Shown here: positions 58,474 through 64,000 of the stretch, one piece after another | How positions within the stretch are numbered: position 1 is the stretch's first letter | Layout of the letters: each line of letters starts with the position of its first letter | Source of the DNA: a virus | Direction: 5' to 3' (one strand) | DNA length: 64,000 bases | Virus record (IMG/VR): IMGVR_UViG_3300032316_001090 | Span: 8,784 to 72,783 of that record | Position numbers and translations under genes: made by a program | The notes under the pieces: generated by a model | Seen by the model: only the letters and a program-made list of their open reading frames with translations | Databases searched by the model: none | What the model was told of the DNA's origin: nothing

Positions 58474-58683
58474 TTATGGTGTATTTTGGAAGTATTCTTC
58501 AGCACGAATTTGTGCTTCTTCTTGGGTGACGGCCCACACAGTGACCATGGCTACATGGCCCATGATCTCCAGGTCAAACGGAACAGTACCAGTAAACTCA
58601 AAATCCTCAGGAACAGGCACTCGCACCACAAACTGTTTTAGTCCACGGATGCGATCAAGTACCTGTTGGATTGTATCAGCCAC
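58474..58683 (-). CDS. hypothetical protein, 69 aa (GTG start)
   Basis: Small ORF; its GTG overlaps the TGA of the small ORF upstream. Confidence 0.35.
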   Translation of the reverse strand: MADTIQQVLDRIRGLKQFVVRVPVPEDFEFTGTVPFDLEIMGHVAMVTVWAVTQEEAQIRAEEYFQNTP

Positions 58684-58804
58684 GCTTGTGCCAATCTTTT
58701 CGTGCTATACGTGCTTCTTCAATGCAACGGCTGATCAAGGGCCAAACGTAAGGCGCCACAAATCCAAACATGGCACCGTATACGAACCATTCAAATTCAA
58801 TCAT
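58676..58804 (-). CDS. small hydrophobic protein, 42 aa (MIEFEWFVYGAMFGFVAPYVWPLISRCIEEARIARKDWHKRG)
   Basis: Absent from the >=60-aa ORF table; fills the 118-nt gap; ATG overlaps the upstream TGA (ATGA) and its TGA overlaps the downstream GTG; one predicted TM helix plus a basic tail. Confidence 0.3.
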   Translation of the reverse strand: MIEFEWFVYGAMFGFVAPYVWPLISRCIEEARIARKDWHKRG

Positions 58805-59022
58805 ACCACTCGTCCCATCACAGCATACATCAACGAATCCATCAGGTGTTCGTATGCTTGTCCTTGTCTGCGCAGGTAGTAAATTTGTTCCACGATTTCT
58901 CGGGCATTGGCATTGCCTTCTGGAGGCAATGCGCCGCGTGATTCCAACTCTTCTAACAAATCGTCTGTGTCAAAATCTACTAGATCCACATCAACTTCTA
59001 CTTCGGTGTACACTGTTGGCAT
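58801..59022 (-). CDS. hypothetical acidic protein, 73 aa
   Basis: Small ORF in the - strand run. Confidence 0.4.
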   Translation of the reverse strand: MPTVYTEVEVDVDLVDFDTDDLLEELESRGALPPEGNANAREIVEQIYYLRRQGQAYEHLMDSLMYAVMGRVV

Positions 59023-59268
59023 TTAAAACTCCTTCATGCGTCTAACGTCTCGATGCTTGACAATTACCACAGTTTTCACTGTGCCATTGTATCTAATAGG
59101 CAAATCCAAATGCACACTGATCCTGGGTCCTTCCACAGGACTGATCAAGGTATCATTGCCCACAGTGCCTGCAAAGGGAATGCCATTCCAGTGACCGAAT
59201 ACTCTGTCGCCTATCACGTACTCGGGCTGGTACCCTGTGCGCTCAAAGTATTCGGTCTGGTTGCCCAT
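59023..59268 (-). CDS. hypothetical protein, 81 aa
   Basis: Small ORF adjacent to the previous one with no gap. Confidence 0.4.
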   Translation of the reverse strand: MGNQTEYFERTGYQPEYVIGDRVFGHWNGIPFAGTVGNDTLISPVEGPRISVHLDLPIRYNGTVKTVVIVKHRDVRRMKEF

Positions 59269-59269
59269 G

Positions 59270-60238
59270 TTACTTGGGCATCATCAATGCGTTGAAGTTT
59301 GAGGGCACCACAATGGTCTGCACTTGGCCGTTCTTGATACCTTCGGAGATGTTCAACATGGCCTGTGCCTGCATGAATGCAATACTCGCACCCGAGTTGT
59401 TGGCCAATGCTGCCATACGTCGGCTTTCGGCCTGGGCTGTTTGCACTTCAACTTCCTTTTGCTTGAGTTCGTTCTTGCTACGAACCAAGGCATTGGCACT
59501 CTCCACAACTGCATCTGCTGGCAAAACATTGCGAATCAGGACCTGGCTGATCATGATGGTACCGTCCAGCTTTTCTTCTGCAAGGTTACGCACAATCTCG
59601 TCCTTGATGTAGTTCTCCATGTCGCTACGAGCGTCGGCCATGTCCAAGGCTTCGTACTTGCGAGCGGCCTTGTAGATGGCATTGCGAGCATTTTGCACAA
59701 TGTAGTTGTACATCACATAGGTGTCACCTTTGAACTCAGCATGGAAGGCTTTGTTCTTGGTTGAATACAGTTCGGCCACTTGCTGTGGATTGATGTTGTA
59801 GACCACAACTGCATCAAAGTCTTTCATGGTTGAGTTGTCTTTGGCCACAGGAGTCATATCGTTCAACTGTACGTTGACATCCTTGATGGGAAAGGTCAAA
59901 ACCTCGCCGATGATGGTTTGGTTAAAGCTACCCGGCAACAGTTCACCTGGTTGAACCTGTTTGTCGAAGCCTACACGAACACCGACTTCGCCGGTTTCAA
60001 TACGAGTACAACCTGCGGCCAAAACGGCAGCAGCCAAAATAGAGAGAGTGAAAATACGCTTCATGTGTGCCTTTAAAATAAAACTACCACGGCTGTCATT
60101 GCCATCAACGCCAGCAGTGCAACAATTATACTGTACCCTATGCTTTTTGTCAAGGCTAGTTGTTCTTTTCCTTCCATCTTTCTCCAAGCAGTAATGCCAA
60201 AGTGAATCAACGCTGCCAGGACCGCAAATGCCAACCAA
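59270..60238 (-). CDS. SPFH/band-7 (prohibitin/stomatin-like) domain lipoprotein
   Basis: Signal peptide with lipobox LAAGC; then a typical SPFH core (TGEVGVRVGF...DVNVQLND...VVYNI...) and a C-terminal coiled-coil (ELKQKEVEVQTAQAESRRMAAL). Confidence 0.6.
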   Translation of the reverse strand: MVGICGPGSVDSLWHYCLEKDGRKRTTSLDKKHRVQYNCCTAGVDGNDSRGSFILKAHMKRIFTLSILAAAVLAAGCTRIETGEVGVRVGFDKQVQPGELLPGSFNQTIIGEVLTFPIKDVNVQLNDMTPVAKDNSTMKDFDAVVVYNINPQQVAELYSTKNKAFHAEFKGDTYVMYNYIVQNARNAIYKAARKYEALDMADARSDMENYIKDEIVRNLAEEKLDGTIMISQVLIRNVLPADAVVESANALVRSKNELKQKEVEVQTAQAESRRMAALANNSGASIAFMQAQAMLNISEGIKNGQVQTIVVPSNFNALMMPK

Positions 60239-60245
60239 AGTCTAA

Positions 60246-60515
60246 TCATAGTTCAACTCCGAAATGTTCTCTAATCTGTTTAGCAATGATAGCACCCATA
60301 TCATCATCACGGTGGCTATTTTTTAGTGATACTTGTTCACATTTCTGCACAATCAACTCGGCGAACTTTTCTAATCCGATTCCTTTAGTATAAACAATCT
60401 TTTCAAGACCTGTTGCTGATGGGATATACCACTCGCCATCCATAACTTTACATCCGGCTTGTTCAGCAAGTTCACGAATTCGTTGGTTCATGCCACTTCC
60501 TTTAGTTTTTTCCAC
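60246..60515 (-). CDS. hypothetical protein, 89 aa
   Basis: Small ORF. Confidence 0.4.
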   Translation of the reverse strand: MEKTKGSGMNQRIRELAEQAGCKVMDGEWYIPSATGLEKIVYTKGIGLEKFAELIVQKCEQVSLKNSHRDDDMGAIIAKQIREHFGVEL

Positions 60516-60832
60516 ATGGCCTGTTGCTCTATTTCAGTGCGATATGCAGTACGGCGTCCACCCAAATCATCACGCCACTGTTCAATGGCTCGGTAACTGC
60601 CACGTGACTCAGCAGGTGTACGGTCGTTGATCCACATGGCAATACACCAGAACATCTGACGGTTGGCTGTGTCAGCCGAGTACAAGGCACGTTCGTAATC
60701 TCGGGCAATCATGCTTTCAACAAACCCGCCCGGAGCCCAGCCCCGGAGCAGGTAGTTGGTGATGGTGTCACGAGTATGCTGGGGAATTTCCATTCCCATG
60801 TGCTTGAGATTGTAGTCATCAAAATCAATCAT
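60488..60832 (-). CDS. hypothetical protein, 114 aa
   Basis: ORF with 4-nt overlap onto the upstream VWA gene. Confidence 0.4.
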   Translation of the reverse strand: MIDFDDYNLKHMGMEIPQHTRDTITNYLLRGWAPGGFVESMIARDYERALYSADTANRQMFWCIAMWINDRTPAESRGSYRAIEQWRDDLGGRRTAYRTEIEQQAMWKKLKEVA

Positions 60833-62151
60833 TGTTTGGACTCGTCATAGTAGGCATGTGTGCCCCAGGGTGGAACAATGGTTGTGGTGCCATGCAAGAT
60901 CCAAGTGGTGTCGCAGTATTCGGCATCACCCCAAGAACCAAACGGGTAGCCGTCTGTGAACACAATCAGTCGGCGTGGTGTGATTTCTTGATCTTTCAAG
61001 TAGGTAAAGATACAATCAAAATCAGTACCACCACCACCGGACACTTCATAATCAATCATTGAATCCAAATTGTCCGAGTCATATTGTGCAGGATTGTAGC
61101 AGTCGGTGTCAAACGTTGCCACATGAATCTTGTATGCTGGGAACGAGTCCATGATGCCTTGGATCTCACTCAAGAAGTCCTTCAACATAGTTTCGCTGAT
61201 ACTGCCAGACGCATCCAACATCACTGCAATGTCAATCATTTCGTCGGGCTTTTGGCCGGGCATCACAGCATCCATGTGCCAACCTTTGCGGCTGGCCCGC
61301 ATCCATGTGTAGTCGGCTTTGATGGTGCTCTCCAAGTTCATGCGCAACAATTCACGCCAGTTCATCTGTGGCTCTGTCAGCTGTTGGATCAGTCGTTTGA
61401 CACCTGCGGGCAAGTTGCCAGCACCGTCCACTGTGGCCGCTGCCGCCAGCATGGCTTCTTTGATCTCGTCCTTGATGGCTTGTTTGTCCTCGGCCGTCAA
61501 CTTAGGACGACCCTTGCCTTCACCTTCCTGATCGCCATCACCATCTCCGTCACCATCCAAATGCTCGTCAATCAACTGATCCAGCAATTTGCCAATGTCG
61601 ATCTTTTCGGCATTTTCGTACAAGGCATCGTACACTTCTTCTGAACTCATGCCGTCATACTTGCGATCATACAGGCAAGGCACTGACGTGATCTTCTCAC
61701 CCACATTGTGCTTGACCAAGTCACTGTTCACACAATAGTCATTGGCAATGTTCCACAACTGTGGGTCACGATCACCGCGACGTCCAAAGTGATCATATAC
61801 ACAATGCAACACCTCATGTCCAAACAAAAACTCAATTTCTTTGGGACGCAACATCTCAATGAAGCGGGTGTTGTAATAAAAATTTCTGCCGTCTGTGGCG
61901 GCTGTGGCACACCACTCATCAGCATTGATCAGTTTCAAACGTGTTGCAAGATTGCCAAAGAAACTGGCTTTCAGCAACAGGCCCACACGGGCTGAAATCA
62001 ATTTTTCACGTACCACTCGATCCAGTTTGGCATCCATGGGACCGATCAAGTTGGCAAATTTCTTTGCATCATCTTTGGTGGCAGTGGTACCTGCTGTGGC
62101 ATGTAGTACGTCAGGGTTAAAATAGTGCATGCGATTCCTTGTTTGTTTCAT
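60829..62151 (-). CDS. DUF2201-type protein: N-terminal HExxH putative metallopeptidase domain + C-terminal VWA (MIDAS) domain; CobT/MoxR-partner-like
   Basis: FLFGHEVLHCVYDHF (HExxH); DIAVMLDASGSISE (DxSGS MIDAS motif); paired with the AAA+ gene at 62889..63980. Confidence 0.6.
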   Translation of the reverse strand: MKQTRNRMHYFNPDVLHATAGTTATKDDAKKFANLIGPMDAKLDRVVREKLISARVGLLLKASFFGNLATRLKLINADEWCATAATDGRNFYYNTRFIEMLRPKEIEFLFGHEVLHCVYDHFGRRGDRDPQLWNIANDYCVNSDLVKHNVGEKITSVPCLYDRKYDGMSSEEVYDALYENAEKIDIGKLLDQLIDEHLDGDGDGDGDQEGEGKGRPKLTAEDKQAIKDEIKEAMLAAAATVDGAGNLPAGVKRLIQQLTEPQMNWRELLRMNLESTIKADYTWMRASRKGWHMDAVMPGQKPDEMIDIAVMLDASGSISETMLKDFLSEIQGIMDSFPAYKIHVATFDTDCYNPAQYDSDNLDSMIDYEVSGGGGTDFDCIFTYLKDQEITPRRLIVFTDGYPFGSWGDAEYCDTTWILHGTTTIVPPWGTHAYYDESKQ

Positions 62152-62157
62152 ACGTAT

Positions 62158-62186
62158 ATTATAACAGATTGTGAATTAATGGTCAA
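62158..62186 (-). promoter_or_regulatory. sigma70-like promoter TTGACC-N17-TATAAT, leaderless geometry
   Basis: On the - strand, -35 at 62186-62181 and -10 at 62163-62158, then 6 nt to the ATG at 62151; sits in a 50-nt intergenic gap. Confidence 0.45.
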
Positions 62187-62201
62187 TGTAGTACTTGAGT
62201 A

Positions 62202-62504
62202 TTACAAATACTTTAGTATGAACCATGACTGTGCGGACTCGGTATAGAAGTCCAAATGCACTTGGTAATCATAGTGGTAGCCGGGTTGAGCTACCGTTGC
62301 AAACGAATCCATCACGCCACCCAGTTTGCGATGAGGTACCAACCCACGATGATCACGTGCGGTAAATCCCAGTTCACGCCGCATGATGTGCCGCATGCGT
62401 ATGGCAGTGCCAAAATCTTGTTCCAAGCGGTCCAGCACCTGAGCCCAGTCATCGGGATTGTGAAAGATGATAAGATTCCGCTTGGTGGTTACTCGATAGG
62501 ACAT
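62202..62504 (-). CDS. hypothetical protein, 100 aa
   Basis: ORF. Confidence 0.4.
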   Translation of the reverse strand: MSYRVTTKRNLIIFHNPDDWAQVLDRLEQDFGTAIRMRHIMRRELGFTARDHRGLVPHRKLGGVMDSFATVAQPGYHYDYQVHLDFYTESAQSWFILKYL

Positions 62505-62938
62505 TATGCAGTGCCTGAATGTGTGAGTTCAAAGAACATGAGTTCCTTGTCCGAAGCCACGTAGATTCTATAGTTGCGGTACTCGGTGCTGTAGGCCCAC
62601 TGTAGGTTTAGATCATCCGGTTGATGGCTCGAAGGTACCGTGTCATTGAGTTGGCCGGCAATCTCATTCTGTGTTCGGACATCTGTGCTCCAACCATATG
62701 TGCGATTGAACCAACGTCGAGCTCGATCAAACTCCAGCACACCACTGCTGTATGTGCCCTTGGGAAACTCAATGGTGTACCGGTAGATCTTGTGCCAACT
62801 GTGGCGACCGTCCAATTGAACAATATTATACATCATAGAAAAAGGGTGGCGCAGCCACAGCCCTTGCAGACTGCGCCACCCACCCCCATCAATTGGCTTG
62901 CAAAATGTACTTGCCGTAACGAGCATGGAACTCGTCAA
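62504..62938 (-). CDS. hypothetical protein, 144 aa
   Basis: ORF; overlaps the end of the AAA+ gene by ~50 nt, so the true start may be internal. Confidence 0.4.
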   Translation of the reverse strand: MTSSMLVTASTFCKPIDGGGWRSLQGLWLRHPFSMMYNIVQLDGRHSWHKIYRYTIEFPKGTYSSGVLEFDRARRWFNRTYGWSTDVRTQNEIAGQLNDTVPSSHQPDDLNLQWAYSTEYRNYRIYVASDKELMFFELTHSGTA

Positions 62939-63980
62939 ACACCTTGATCTTGGTAGGCTGCATCGGCAACATGTATGTGGTCAACGCAATTCTAGCACCC
63001 AACACCACCAGTTCAGTTTCAAAGTTCTTCATCATGTATGCCAAAAAGTTATTGCTCATTTCATGGAACTCTTTGTCCGAAACTTTCTTCTGCTCAATGG
63101 CGTCCTTGAGTTCGTAGCACATTGAGATCACCAATGAATACATGGCTGAAACTTCTTTTACATTCAAGTCAGTGACCTTGCCACTCAGGATGTCTGTGGG
63201 CTGTGGCATCTTGCCCGATACCTTGCGGTGAGCCTTGAATTTCACAGCAAGACCCTCGCCCACAGTACCTGCAATCAGGTTCATTTCTGTGTCCTCGTCA
63301 CATTCGTCTGCCAACAACTCACTCACAAAACTCCAAGAGCGCGGTGTGGCAAACGCACGTGAACTGGACTTGGCATCAAAATCGTACAAGTCCTGCTTGG
63401 CAAAACTCAAATAACCCACCACGTCTTTGTGGATGTTGTGTTTGACTGCCCACTCTTGCCAACTAGCAAAGTCCACACGCATTTCCTGGTGAACAAAACG
63501 ATTTGCCAAGGGAGTCGGCATGCGGAAGGTGACACCCTTGTCACTTTCACGATTGCCTGCCGCAACCATCACAACATTGTCGGGTAACTTGTACTTGCCA
63601 ATGCGTCGATTCAAAATCAACTGATATGCGGCACTCTGCACTGACGCTGGAGCCGAGTTCATTTCGTCCAAGAACAGCACCACCACAGGGTACTGGCTGG
63701 CAGTTTCTTCATCGGGCATTTCCACAGGCGGAGCCCAGTCCATCTTGCCTGAATCTTTGTTGTAAAACGGAATACCACGAATGTCTGTGGGCTCCATCTG
63801 ACCCAGGCGTAGGTCAATCATTAAACCACCAAGTTCTTCTGTGATGCCAGCCACAACTTCGGACTTGCCGATGCCGGGAGGACCCCACAAAAACATAGGA
63901 CGCTTTTTCTTAAAAGCATGCATGATGGATTTGCGAACTTGGGCACTGGTTACTGTACGTGCGTCTGATACTGCTGACAT
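62889..63980 (-). CDS. AAA+ ATPase, MoxR/CobS-like (AAA_5)
   Basis: Walker A FLWGPPGIGKSEV; Walker B VVVLFLDEMN; sensor-like VMVAAGNRE; its size and pairing with a VWA protein match the CobS/CobT-like pair of marine T4-like phages. Confidence 0.7.
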   Translation of the reverse strand: MSAVSDARTVTSAQVRKSIMHAFKKKRPMFLWGPPGIGKSEVVAGITEELGGLMIDLRLGQMEPTDIRGIPFYNKDSGKMDWAPPVEMPDEETASQYPVVVLFLDEMNSAPASVQSAAYQLILNRRIGKYKLPDNVVMVAAGNRESDKGVTFRMPTPLANRFVHQEMRVDFASWQEWAVKHNIHKDVVGYLSFAKQDLYDFDAKSSSRAFATPRSWSFVSELLADECDEDTEMNLIAGTVGEGLAVKFKAHRKVSGKMPQPTDILSGKVTDLNVKEVSAMYSLVISMCYELKDAIEQKKVSDKEFHEMSNNFLAYMMKNFETELVVLGARIALTTYMLPMQPTKIKVFDEFHARYGKYILQAN

Positions 63981-64000
63981 GGGCTGTTTCCTTTCGGGGG

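Noticed and set aside
58770-59764. + strand ORFs 58770..59045, 59053..59295, 59274..59612 and 59324..59764
   Set aside because: They are antisense to a compact, co-directional - strand gene run that includes a clear SPFH gene, and are most likely spurious.

Overview
This window reads as part of a large virulent marine myovirus genome of the T4-like kind (cyano- or pelagimyophage-like), not a bacterial chromosome. Genes are tightly packed with ATGA/overlapping stop-start junctions and almost no Shine-Dalgarno sequences. NATAAATA (T4-late-like) motifs sit just upstream of structural genes, and there are no rRNA, tRNA or CRISPR features. Three blocks are visible. (1) 1-30.1 kb on the + strand is a baseplate/fibre module: a gp5-like central spike with a C-terminal beta-helix, a clear gp25/GpW-like wedge protein, a 1199-aa gp6/J-like protein, a single uninterrupted 15.6-kb ORF encoding a 5212-aa giant structural protein, and two fibre proteins closed by a hairpin terminator. 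(2) 30.1-55.2 kb is a dense biosynthetic island that I consider the most interesting part. It contains a split HldE-type heptose kinase and nucleotidyltransferase with a cupin and a mini-HAD phosphatase (a putative nucleotide-heptose pathway), at least six glycosyltransferase-like genes (two GT8-like, one GT-A, three fucosyltransferase-like TEK-motif paralogs), and five paralogous radical-SAM enzymes (CX3CX2C plus a conserved N-terminal Cys4 domain, two subfamilies). It also has a NodU/CmcH/TobZ-type carbamoyltransferase interrupted by one in-frame TGA, an FkbM-type methyltransferase, an amidinotransferase-superfamily enzyme, a DegT-family aminotransferase, an SDR epimerase/dehydratase, and a 1072-aa protein built from eight near-identical ~67-aa tandem repeats. 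Together this looks like a phage-borne pathway for a heavily tailored (carbamoylated/amidinated/methylated/aminated) heptose-containing glycoconjugate or aminoglycoside-like product. (3) 55.2-64 kb on the - strand carries ThyX, an SPFH/band-7 lipoprotein, small hypothetical genes, and a DUF2201-type VWA+HExxH protein paired with a MoxR/CobS-like AAA+ ATPase behind a sigma70-like leaderless promoter. All calls rest on motifs read by eye; no database search could be run.
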